Shown: positions 41,487 to 49,986 of the stretch, one piece after another | Numbering within the stretch: the stretch's first letter is position 1 | Layout of the letters: every line of letters begins with the position of its first letter | NCBI GenBank assembly: GCA_040905425.1 | Contig: JBBDRO010000032.1 | Coordinates: 38,366-102,365 of the forward strand | Source of the DNA: Gemmatimonadota bacterium | Lineage (GTDB): Bacteria; Gemmatimonadota; Gemmatimonadetes; Longimicrobiales; RSA9 | Length of the DNA: 64,000 bases | Direction: 5' to 3' | The notes under the pieces: model-generated | Database searches by the model: none | Told to the model about the DNA's origin: nothing | Seen by the model: the letters and a program-made list of their open reading frames with translations, nothing else | Position numbers and translations under genes: made by a program

Positions 41487-42319
41487 CCTCCCTGTTCACG
41501 GTGCTGCTCCTGCAGGCGCCACCGCTCCGCCTGCTCTGGATCAACGCCGGCATCCTCCTCCTGCTGCTCACTTTCGTGTCCGTGATCGTCACCGTGCTGG
41601 TGCGGCGCAGCATCCGCCAGCGCGTGGAGGCGGAGCGGGTGAGCGCCATGGCAACGGCGTCGGCGCGCATCCTCCATCAGGTCAAGAATCCGCTCTCCAG
41701 CCTGCTGCTGCACGCGGAGTTGCTGGGGGACGCGCGTACGGCCGGCACGGAGGGCGAGCGGCGCGAGGCGGGCGACGCGGTGCTCCAGGAGGGAGCCCGC
41801 GTGCGGGAGCTGCTGGAGGAGCTGTCCGCCTTCGCGCAGGGGCGGCGCCGGGACCTGGATCTTGCGCCCGTGCCGCTTCATGAGCTGGTGGCGGCCGCGG
41901 CCTCTTCCGAGGGGCGCGCCGCCCGCCACGAGGGCATCGAGGTGGTGACCGAACGCCTGGACGAAGTGGATGTGCTGGCCGATGTGTATTTCCTGCGCCA
42001 GGCCGTGGACAACCTGATCCGCAACGCGCGCGAAGCGCTGGCGGAGCACGGCGCCCGCGGCGGCGCGCCCCGGGTGAGGGTGAGCGTACGGCGGGCGGGC
42101 AGGGAAGCGCTGGTGGAGATCGCGGACAATGGGCCGGGCATCCCGCCGGCCGAGCGCGCGGCCGTCTTCGAGCCGTTCCATACGAGCAAGCATCGGGGCA
42201 TGGGGCTGGGCCTGCCGGTGTGCCGGGAGATCGCGGCGGGGCACGGGGGGCGGCTGGAGTTGAGAGAAGCGCGGGGCGGTGGCGCGCGCTTCGTCCTGGC
42301 GCTACCGATCGAGCGGTGA
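41483..42319 (+). CDS. sensor histidine kinase
   Basis: 278 aa; N-terminal TM; H-box ARILHQVKNPLSSL; N box LIRNAREAL; G boxes DNGPGIP and GMGLGLPVCREIAAGHGGRLEL. Confidence 0.88.
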   Translation: MTSLFTVLLLQAPPLRLLWINAGILLLLLTFVSVIVTVLVRRSIRQRVEAERVSAMATASARILHQVKNPLSSLLLHAELLGDARTAGTEGERREAGDAVLQEGARVRELLEELSAFAQGRRRDLDLAPVPLHELVAAAASSEGRAARHEGIEVVTERLDEVDVLADVYFLRQAVDNLIRNAREALAEHGARGGAPRVRVSVRRAGREALVEIADNGPGIPPAERAAVFEPFHTSKHRGMGLGLPVCREIAAGHGGRLELREARGGGARFVLALPIER

Positions 42320-42328
42320 GCCTGCCGC

Positions 42329-43282
42329 TCAGAAGACGAAGCGCAGGGGGTCGGCGGTGACTTCCGCGATGAGGGAGTCGAGCTGCGCGCGCGCGCCGTG
42401 GAGCGCCTTCACCAGCGCGGAGTCCGTACGCATGCGCCCCAGGATTCCGCCCTCCACCGAGAGCCCCGCCTCGAGCACCGCCAGGCGTTCGGCCAGTGTG
42501 TCGGCGCGCACGGCCATCCGGTCCGTGACCGGCCGGGCGCGCGCGCGCAGCGAGTCCAGGCGTGCCCCGAAGGCCGCCAGCTCCGGCCCGAGCGCCGCGG
42601 CGTGCGCGCGCGCCCCCGCCACGGACGCTTCGAATGCCGCGGAGCGCAGCGTGCCGAAGGCGGGCCTCTCGGTCAGGGTGGCTCGCAGCTCGCTCAACTC
42701 GCGCCCCGCCCGCCCGGCCCCCTCCGCCACCCGCCCGTAGCGCTGCATTGCGGCGCCGGCGCGCGGGCCCACCACCGCCACCTCGGCGAGCAGCGTGTCA
42801 ATGCGCGCTCGCAGTGTGGCGGCCTGCGCCATGAGTTGCTCGCGGGTGGGAAGGGGAGCGCCGCCGAGCGTGTCACCCGCGGGCAGTACCGGCAGCTCCG
42901 CGCTGCCGGGCCGGATGTCCACCACGGGCTCACCCATGATTCCCGCCGTAGTTACGCGCACGTGCGCGTCCACCCGCAGTTGGTCCCGCAGGCGATCGGG
43001 TATGGCCAGCGCCATGATCACCTGCGGCGTGGTGCCGGGCCCCGCACGCACGGGCAGGAATCTCACGCTGCGCACCTGGCCCACCTCCCGCCCGGCGATC
43101 CAGACGGGCGCTCCCGCCACGATCCTGACGGCGTCCGGCACGACGGCCAGCACCCGCGTTTCGGAGCTGAACAGAGCCAGCAGGTCCTCCAGCGCGTAGA
43201 TGAGCACCGCCATACCCAGCAGCGCCAGCATGATGCCCACGCCCGCAGCACTCCGCCCTCTCTGGCCACCCGGAATCCTCAT
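42329..43282 (-). CDS. MCE/MlaD family protein
   Basis: 317 aa from ATG 43282; N-terminal TM then VRIVAGAPVWIAGREVGQVRSVRF MCE domain, followed by a long helical C-terminal region. Confidence 0.8.
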   Translation of the reverse strand: MRIPGGQRGRSAAGVGIMLALLGMAVLIYALEDLLALFSSETRVLAVVPDAVRIVAGAPVWIAGREVGQVRSVRFLPVRAGPGTTPQVIMALAIPDRLRDQLRVDAHVRVTTAGIMGEPVVDIRPGSAELPVLPAGDTLGGAPLPTREQLMAQAATLRARIDTLLAEVAVVGPRAGAAMQRYGRVAEGAGRAGRELSELRATLTERPAFGTLRSAAFEASVAGARAHAAALGPELAAFGARLDSLRARARPVTDRMAVRADTLAERLAVLEAGLSVEGGILGRMRTDSALVKALHGARAQLDSLIAEVTADPLRFVF

Positions 43283-43296
43283 GCTACCTTTCGCCG

Positions 43297-44121
43297 ATGC
43301 TCTGCCTGGGTCACATAGAATATAGCAACTGCTTCCCGGTCCACGCCGCGCTGCTGGACCGCGGCCCTCCGCCCGGGGTGACACTGCACCCGGACATCCC
43401 CGGCAACCTGAACCGGGCGCTGGCCGCGGGCGCCGTGGACGTGGCCCCGTGCTCCAGCATCGAGCTGGCCCGCCACGCGCCCCGCTATCGCGTCCTCCCC
43501 GGCCTGGTGATCGGCTCGGACGGGCCGGTCCGGAGCATCCGCTTCGAGAGCACGCTGGCGCTCGAGGATCTGGGCGGCGCCACGGTGGCCGTGCCCACCG
43601 CGTCGGCCACGTCCGTAGTGCTGCTGCGCATCCTCCTCCAGACCCGCCATGGCGTGGAGGCGCGCTTGCGCTGGTTCGACCAGGCCAGGGAGCGGGACCC
43701 CGTGGGCGCCGGCGCCGACGCTACGCTGTGGATCGGCGACCGGGCGCTCACACGGCACATTCCCGCACGCCGGCGCGTCTACGACCTCGGGGCGGAGTGG
43801 ACCGCGTGGACGGGTCTGCCCTTTGCCTTCGCGGTCTGGCAGACGCCGCTCGGACCCGAACACGACCAGGAGCTGGCCGGCCTGCACGAGCTTCTGCTGG
43901 CCTCCCGGGCGTACTTCTACGAGCACGCGGCAGCGCTGGCCGAGCGCCACGCCCCCGCCTTCGGTTTGCCCGCCGATACGCTGCTCACTTACTGGCTCTC
44001 CCTCCGCTACGAGCTGGACGGGCGCATGCGCCTGGGCCTGCTGGAGTTCTTCCGCCGGGCCGCCGAGCTAGGCCTGGCGCCGCCGCTCGAGCGCTTGCCC
44101 ATGGTGCCCGAGCGAGCCTGA
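43297..44121 (+). CDS. mqnA: chorismate dehydratase MqnA (futalosine pathway)
   Basis: 274 aa; LGHIEYSNCFP, VDVAPCSSIE, TSATSVVLLRILL, LWIGDRAL and GLPFAFAVW pattern typical of MqnA/MqnD-fold proteins. Confidence 0.75.
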   Translation: MLCLGHIEYSNCFPVHAALLDRGPPPGVTLHPDIPGNLNRALAAGAVDVAPCSSIELARHAPRYRVLPGLVIGSDGPVRSIRFESTLALEDLGGATVAVPTASATSVVLLRILLQTRHGVEARLRWFDQARERDPVGAGADATLWIGDRALTRHIPARRRVYDLGAEWTAWTGLPFAFAVWQTPLGPEHDQELAGLHELLLASRAYFYEHAAALAERHAPAFGLPADTLLTYWLSLRYELDGRMRLGLLEFFRRAAELGLAPPLERLPMVPERA

Positions 44122-44241
44122 GAGCCGGGCGAGTTGCAAACCACGGGCCGGGCGCCGTGGAGGCAGAGAGCGCACCGGCCTCCCGGCGCACCGTCCACCC
44201 CGCGAGTGGACAGTTGCGCGAAGGCTAGCCTATCTTCACGA

Positions 44242-45024
44242 ATGTCGATTGTCTGGACCACGCCCGTCGCGCGGATCGGCCGCGCCACCCTGGATACCGC
44301 CGCCGGCTTCGGCCGTTTCGGCGGGTTCATGGTAGCGGTCGGCCGCGCCGGGGCGGACCTCCGCACCTGGGGGGTCATGCTCGCGCGCCACATGGCGCAA
44401 CTCGGCGTGGACTCCCTCCCCATTGCGCTCTTCATTGCCGCGTTCACGGGCGTGGTTCTGGCGCTGCAGGCCTCTTATACTTTCACGGGGGCCATTCCGC
44501 TCTACTTCGTGGGCGTGCTGGTGGGCAAGACCATGATCCTGGAGCTGGGTCCGGTGCTCACCGGTCTGGCGCTGGCCGGACGGGTGGGCGCCAACATCGC
44601 GGCCGAGCTGGGCACCATGCGCGTCACCGAGCAGATCGATGCCCTGGAGACGCTGGGCTACGACCCCATGTCCTACCTGGTGGTCCCGCGGGTGCTGGCC
44701 GGCATCATCATGTTCCCGGTGGTGGTAGCGCTGGCGAACGTGATGGGCATTGCGGCGGGCTGGATCACGGCCATCAATCTCCTGGATCTGTCTACGCCCG
44801 AGTTCACGCGGGGACTGCGCCTGTTCTTCGTGCCGTTCGACGTCACCTTCTCACTCATCAAGGCGGCGTCCTTCGGTGCGGTGGTGACCGCCATCGGCTG
44901 CTTCTACGGCTTCCACACGTCGGGCGGTGCCGCCGCGGTGGGCCGGTCCACCACCCAGGCGGTGGTGGTGAGCAGCATGCTGATCCTGGTGCTGGACGCC
45001 TTCTGGGCCGTGGTGCTGCTGTGA
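44242..45024 (+). CDS. ABC transporter permease, MlaE family
   Basis: 260 aa from ATG 44242; MlaE/YrbE pattern (GVDSLPIALFIAAFTGVVLALQ, ELGPVLTGLALAGRVGA, TMRVTEQIDALE). Confidence 0.88.
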   Translation: MSIVWTTPVARIGRATLDTAAGFGRFGGFMVAVGRAGADLRTWGVMLARHMAQLGVDSLPIALFIAAFTGVVLALQASYTFTGAIPLYFVGVLVGKTMILELGPVLTGLALAGRVGANIAAELGTMRVTEQIDALETLGYDPMSYLVVPRVLAGIIMFPVVVALANVMGIAAGWITAINLLDLSTPEFTRGLRLFFVPFDVTFSLIKAASFGAVVTAIGCFYGFHTSGGAAAVGRSTTQAVVVSSMLILVLDAFWAVVLL

Positions 45025-45767
45025 GCATCGAGATGCGCGACGTGAGCAAGGGGTTCGGCGAGCGCCTCATCCTGGACGGTATCAGCCTGGAGGTGCGGGA
45101 GGGTGAGACGCTGGCCGTCATCGGCGCTTCCGGGGTGGGCAAGAGCGTACTGCTGAAGTGCATCGTGCGCCTGCTGGAGGTGGACGCGGGCTCGGTCCAT
45201 GTGGACGGGCAGGACGTAGCGCTCCTCGAACGGGACGAACTCTACGACCTGCGGCGGCGCGTGGGGTACGTGTTCCAGTTCGCGGCGCTCTTCGATTCGA
45301 TGAGCGTGTTCGACAACGTGGCCATGGGGCTGCGGCGCATCGGTACCCCGCGCGACGAAACGGTGGAACGGGTGCGGGACGCCCTTCGCCTGGTGGAGAT
45401 GGAAGGCTATGAGGACAGGTTGCCGGCAGAACTCTCCGGCGGGCAGCGCAAGCGCATCGGCATGGCGCGGGCCATCACCACCCGGCCCAAGTACCTGCTC
45501 TATGACGAGCCCACCACGGGCCTGGATCCCGTGACCACCGCCGTCATCGACGAGTTGGTGCTGCGCATGGCGGGGGAGCTGGGCGTCACCGGACTGGTGG
45601 TGACCCACGACATGAAGAGCGCCTACCGTGTGGCCGATCAGGTGGCCATGCTGCACGGGGGACGGATTCGCTTCCAGGGCACCCCCGAGGAGATTCAGCG
45701 TGTGGAGGACCCCGTGGTACGTGGTTTCGTGGAAGGGCGCCCCGACCTGGCGCGGGAGGTAGCATGA
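45021..45767 (+). CDS. ABC transporter ATP-binding protein, MlaF family
   Basis: 248 aa; Walker A GASGVGKS, signature LSGGQRKR, Walker B LLYDEPTTGLD; start overlaps the upstream stop. Confidence 0.92.
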   Translation: MSIEMRDVSKGFGERLILDGISLEVREGETLAVIGASGVGKSVLLKCIVRLLEVDAGSVHVDGQDVALLERDELYDLRRRVGYVFQFAALFDSMSVFDNVAMGLRRIGTPRDETVERVRDALRLVEMEGYEDRLPAELSGGQRKRIGMARAITTRPKYLLYDEPTTGLDPVTTAVIDELVLRMAGELGVTGLVVTHDMKSAYRVADQVAMLHGGRIRFQGTPEEIQRVEDPVVRGFVEGRPDLAREVA

Positions 45768-46753
45768 CCAGAGGCAGCGAGGTCAAAGTGGGCCTGGCGG
45801 TCATCGCGGCCCTCGCGGTGATCGTGGTGGGCACGTTCTGGCTCAAGGGCACGCGCTTCGGGGTGGAGGAGATCAGCGTGCAGGCGCGGTTCCGGGAGGC
45901 CGGCCAGATCCTGGTGGGTAACACGGTGAAGCTGCGCGGCGTGCCCATCGGCCGGGTGGAGGAGGTGGCGCTGGAGCCGGGCGGCCAGGCCGTAGTGGCC
46001 ACGCTACGTATCGGTGCCGAGGTGCCGCTGCCTGATGACCCAGTGGTGATTCTCTCCCCGGAATCCATGTTCGGAGACTGGCAGGCGGAGATCTTCCCGC
46101 GCACCACCTTTCCGCGCTACGACTACCTGGAGGCGCCCGACCCGCAGGTGCTGCCCGGCTACGCCCTGCCCGACATCTCGCGCCTGACCGCCGTGGCTGA
46201 CGAGATCGCACAGAACCTGCGGGTGCTCACCGACCGGGTGTCCGAGGCGTTCACCGAAGAGACGGCGAACAACATCGTGGAGATGATTGCCAACATCCAG
46301 GAAGTGAGCAATCAGCTGACGGGCCTGGTAGCCAGCCAGCAGCAATCGCTGGATGCCGTGGCCGCGGATCTGCAGAACACCACCCAGGCGCTGGGTGAGA
46401 CGGCCGTCACCATCCGCAGGGCCTTTGCACAGGTGGACACCGCGATCGGGGAGGGCAGGCTGGCGCGCATCGTGAACAACGTGGAACGCACCACGGCGCA
46501 GTCCGATTCGCTGACCGCCGCACTGCTCGTGGCCGCCCGCGAGCTCCAGGAGACGGCGGACGTGGCGGATCACGCCTTCCGCTCGGTGGACGCCATTGCC
46601 ACCGCGCTCGAGGAAGGGCGCGGCACGCTCGGCCGCCTGCTGAATGACACCACGCTCTACGCCGGGATCGTGGACACCAACGCCGTGCTCCAGGCCCTGC
46701 TCGTGGACTTCCAGCGCAACCCGCGGAAGTACATCAATCTGACCGTCTTCTGA
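45764..46753 (+). CDS. MCE/MlaD family substrate-binding protein
   Basis: 329 aa; N-terminal TM, MCE domain (GNTVKLRGVPIGRVEEV) and a helical C-terminus; start overlaps the mlaF-like stop. Confidence 0.85.
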   Translation: MTRGSEVKVGLAVIAALAVIVVGTFWLKGTRFGVEEISVQARFREAGQILVGNTVKLRGVPIGRVEEVALEPGGQAVVATLRIGAEVPLPDDPVVILSPESMFGDWQAEIFPRTTFPRYDYLEAPDPQVLPGYALPDISRLTAVADEIAQNLRVLTDRVSEAFTEETANNIVEMIANIQEVSNQLTGLVASQQQSLDAVAADLQNTTQALGETAVTIRRAFAQVDTAIGEGRLARIVNNVERTTAQSDSLTAALLVAARELQETADVADHAFRSVDAIATALEEGRGTLGRLLNDTTLYAGIVDTNAVLQALLVDFQRNPRKYINLTVF

Positions 46754-47991
46754 TGGCTCTGCTGGTACAGAAATTCGGCGGCACCTCGGTGGGCACGCCG
46801 GAGCGCGTGCGGGCGGTAGCCGCACGCATAGCCCGGGACCGCCAGGCGGGGCATGACGTGGTGGTGGTGGTGTCGGCGATGGGGGACACGACGGACGAGC
46901 TGCTGGAACTGGCCGACCAGGTGAGCCCGGAGGCCACGCGCCGCCATACGCGGGAACTGGACATGCTGCTCACCGCTGGTGAGCGCATCTCCATGGCCCT
47001 GGTGGCCATGGCGCTCCGTGACCTGGACGTGGAGGCCATCAGCTTCACCGGCTCCCAGGCCGCCATCATCACCGACGGCCACCATACGGTGGCCCGCATC
47101 GAGGAGGTGCGCGCCACACGGGTGCAGGAGGAGTTGGCGCGGGGCGCCGTGGTGATTGTGGCGGGCTTCCAGGGTGTGAGCCGCGGGCGTGAGGTCACCA
47201 CGCTCGGCCGCGGCGGCTCGGATACCACGGCGGTGGCGCTGGCCGCGGCGCTCGGCGCCGAGCGGTGCGATATTTTCACCGACGTGGATGGCGTGTACAC
47301 CGCCGACCCGCGGCGCGTCCCGGAGGCGCGGCGAATCGACGTCGTGGGCTACGGCGAGATGACCGAACTGGCCAGCGCCGGGGCTCAGGTCATGCACCCC
47401 CGGGCGGTCGAGATGGGCGCCCGCTTCAAGGTGCCGATCCGGGTACGCTCCTGCTTCGGGGAGCATGACGACGAGGGCACTCTGATCACCGAACGGCGCG
47501 AGACAATGGAAGGCCTTGTACTGACGGGACTGGCGTGCGACGGCGGTTACGCGCGGCTGATACTGCGCGGCCTGCCAGCGGAAACGAGCGCGGTCTCCCG
47601 CCTGCTGAGTGCCCTGGCGGATCGGGGGATCAGCGTGGACATGCTCGGGCAGGCGGACCGCCATGACGGGCGGAGGCAGCTGCAGCTCACCGTGCGCGAG
47701 GACCGATTGGACGATGCGCGGGAGGTCTGCTCCGCCATGCTGGAGGGGTTGGGTGGGGAGTATGTAGACGCCCAGACGGGACTCAGCCGGGTGGCGCTCG
47801 TGGGCAGCGGCATGACGGAAATGCCCGGAGTCTATGCCCGGGCGTTCGCGGCGCTGGTGAAGGAGGGCATTGAAGTGCACGCCATCAGCACGTCATCCAT
47901 TTCCATTGCCCTGATGGTGAACACGTCACATGCGGAGCGGAGTTTGCAGGTTCTGCACGCGGACTTCGAGTTGGCTGAAAGGGATGGATGA
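46753..47991 (+). CDS. lysC: aspartate kinase
   Basis: 412 aa; LVQKFGGTSVG, VVVVSAMGDTTDEL, GRGGSDTTAV and C-terminal ACT repeats. Confidence 0.95.
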   Translation: MALLVQKFGGTSVGTPERVRAVAARIARDRQAGHDVVVVVSAMGDTTDELLELADQVSPEATRRHTRELDMLLTAGERISMALVAMALRDLDVEAISFTGSQAAIITDGHHTVARIEEVRATRVQEELARGAVVIVAGFQGVSRGREVTTLGRGGSDTTAVALAAALGAERCDIFTDVDGVYTADPRRVPEARRIDVVGYGEMTELASAGAQVMHPRAVEMGARFKVPIRVRSCFGEHDDEGTLITERRETMEGLVLTGLACDGGYARLILRGLPAETSAVSRLLSALADRGISVDMLGQADRHDGRRQLQLTVREDRLDDAREVCSAMLEGLGGEYVDAQTGLSRVALVGSGMTEMPGVYARAFAALVKEGIEVHAISTSSISIALMVNTSHAERSLQVLHADFELAERDG

Positions 47992-48989
47992 GAGTAGCCG
48001 TGCTGGGCGCCACCGGCGCCGTTGGTCGCACCATGTTACGCGTGCTGGAGGAGCGGGCGCTCCCGGTGGAGGAGCTCGTGCCGCTGGCATCGGAGCGATC
48101 CGCGGGGACGTCATTGGTATGGCGCGAGCGGGAGTGGGCGGTGCAGAGCCCGCGCCCCGGCGTGTTCGCGGAGTGTGACCTGGCGCTGTTCTCGGCCGGG
48201 GCCGCCCTGTCCCGGGAATGGGCTCCGCGCGCGGCCGCGGAAGGCGCGGTGGTGGTGGACAATTCATCCGCCTGGCGCATGGACGACCAGGTGCCTCTGG
48301 TGGTGCCCGAGGTCAACGGAGCTGCGGTCCACGAGCGGCCCAAGGGGATCGTGGCCAATCCCAACTGCTCCACCATCCAGATGGTGGTGGTGCTGGAAGC
48401 CATCCGGCGAGCCGCGGGGTTGGCCCGCGTTCTCACCACCACTTTCCAGTCGGTCTCGGGCGCCGGGCAGAAGGGCGTGGAGGCGCTTCGCGCCGAGCTG
48501 GCCGGAGGCGAGGCGGCGGCCTCGCCGTTCGTGGCGCCCATCGCCGGCAACGTGATCCCGTTCATCGGACCGCGCGGGGCGAACGGGTGGAACGAGGAGG
48601 AGGAGAAGATGCGCGCGGAAACGCGGAAGATACTGGCCGCTCCCGCCCTGGCGGTGAGCGCAACGTGTGCCCGCGTGCCCGTGGAGATCGGCCACGCCCT
48701 GGCGCTCATGGTGGAGACGCGGCGGCCGTTGGATGTGGAGGCGGCGCGGGAGGCGCTGTCCGCCATGCCGGGCGTGATGGTCCATGGTGACGACAACGAC
48801 CCCCACCCGCTGGCCGTGGCCGGCAGCGATGAGGTCCACGTAGGGCACGTGCGCGTGGATCCCGATCGCCCGGACGTACTTCACCTCTGGGTGGTGGCGG
48901 ACAATCTGCGCAAAGGCGCCGCCACGAACGCGGTGCAGATCGCCGAATTGCTCGGACAGCCGGCCCGTGCCCGGGGGACCGGTGTCTGA
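47988..48989 (+). CDS. asd: aspartate-semialdehyde dehydrogenase
   Basis: 333 aa; VAVLGATGAVG, NPNCSTI active-site Cys, and RVPVEIGHA. Confidence 0.95.
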   Translation: MRVAVLGATGAVGRTMLRVLEERALPVEELVPLASERSAGTSLVWREREWAVQSPRPGVFAECDLALFSAGAALSREWAPRAAAEGAVVVDNSSAWRMDDQVPLVVPEVNGAAVHERPKGIVANPNCSTIQMVVVLEAIRRAAGLARVLTTTFQSVSGAGQKGVEALRAELAGGEAAASPFVAPIAGNVIPFIGPRGANGWNEEEEKMRAETRKILAAPALAVSATCARVPVEIGHALALMVETRRPLDVEAAREALSAMPGVMVHGDDNDPHPLAVAGSDEVHVGHVRVDPDRPDVLHLWVVADNLRKGAATNAVQIAELLGQPARARGTGV

Positions 48990-49923
48990 GGACGATCGGC
49001 AGGAGGCCGCCGATGGCGGTTCGTCGCGCCGTAAGCGGCGGCGCAAGCGGCGGCGCCGCCCCGCCCGTGGAGCGGAACGGGAGGGCAATGGGGCGAGTCA
49101 TGGCGGGCAGACGCCCGCGGCAGGGAAGACCCCGTCGGAGGATGACGGCGGTGAGGGCGAAAGCCGTCCCCGTAAGGGCGGCTCGCGGCGGCGCAGGGGC
49201 GGCTCCGGCGGTTCGAAGACCCCGCCTTCCAAGGGGCAGCCGCAAACGTCGCAGTCCAGTGCCCGGTCCCGGGATGGGCGCGGTCCGGCGCGGAGTGGTG
49301 GCGGCGGGTCGCACAAGCGCAAGGGTGGCCCGCGCGGCCGCGGCGGTGCCGCCGGCCAGCAGCGCGGGCAGGCCGACAGAACGGGCGGCAACCGCGGCCG
49401 TGAGGGCCACGCGCGTGATTCCGCGTCGCCGGCGCAGGGGGGCGGGCAGCCGCCGCCGCCGCCCGGGCCACCCCCCGGCAACCGCGGCCGCCGGCGTTCG
49501 CGGGTGGAGACCAGCGCCGGCGGCGTGGTCTACCGGATGGGGGAGGACGGGGCGCCACGCTTCCTCCTGATCCGCGATCCCTACGACAACTGGGGGCTGC
49601 CGAAGGGTCATCTGGAGGGCCGTGAAACGCCGCGCGAAGCAGCCGTGCGCGAGGTGTGTGAGGAGACCGGCCTGGCGGACCTGCGCCTGGTGGGGGACCT
49701 GCCCACCATCGACTGGTATTTCCGGGACGGCGCCGTGCTGGTGCACAAGTACTGCCACTTCTTCCTGCTGGAATCCGCCGCGGGCGATGCCGCCCCCCAG
49801 CTCGACGAGGGGATCACGGCGTGTGTCTGGCACCCCTTCACCGAGACGCTCGCGGTGGTGTCCTATGCCAATGCCCGTTCCGTCATCGAGGCGGCGGGCA
49901 AGCAGCTCGGCCTGGAGGGCTGA
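48967..49923 (+). CDS. Nudix hydrolase with long Arg/Gly-rich basic N-terminal region
   Basis: Nudix box GLPKGHLEGRETPREAAVREVCEETG in the C-terminal ~140 aa. The upstream ~180 codons (RRKRRRKRRRR, RGG/GRG-rich) keep high GC3. The start (GTG 48967, overlapping the asd end) is uncertain. Confidence 0.7.
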   Translation: MPGGPVSEDDRQEAADGGSSRRKRRRKRRRRPARGAEREGNGASHGGQTPAAGKTPSEDDGGEGESRPRKGGSRRRRGGSGGSKTPPSKGQPQTSQSSARSRDGRGPARSGGGGSHKRKGGPRGRGGAAGQQRGQADRTGGNRGREGHARDSASPAQGGGQPPPPPGPPPGNRGRRRSRVETSAGGVVYRMGEDGAPRFLLIRDPYDNWGLPKGHLEGRETPREAAVREVCEETGLADLRLVGDLPTIDWYFRDGAVLVHKYCHFFLLESAAGDAAPQLDEGITACVWHPFTETLAVVSYANARSVIEAAGKQLGLEG

Positions 49924-49986
49924 CCCGAGTACTGGCGGGCGGCCGCCCTCCGTGGCCGCACGCGAACCCCTGACAGGAACAACGCG

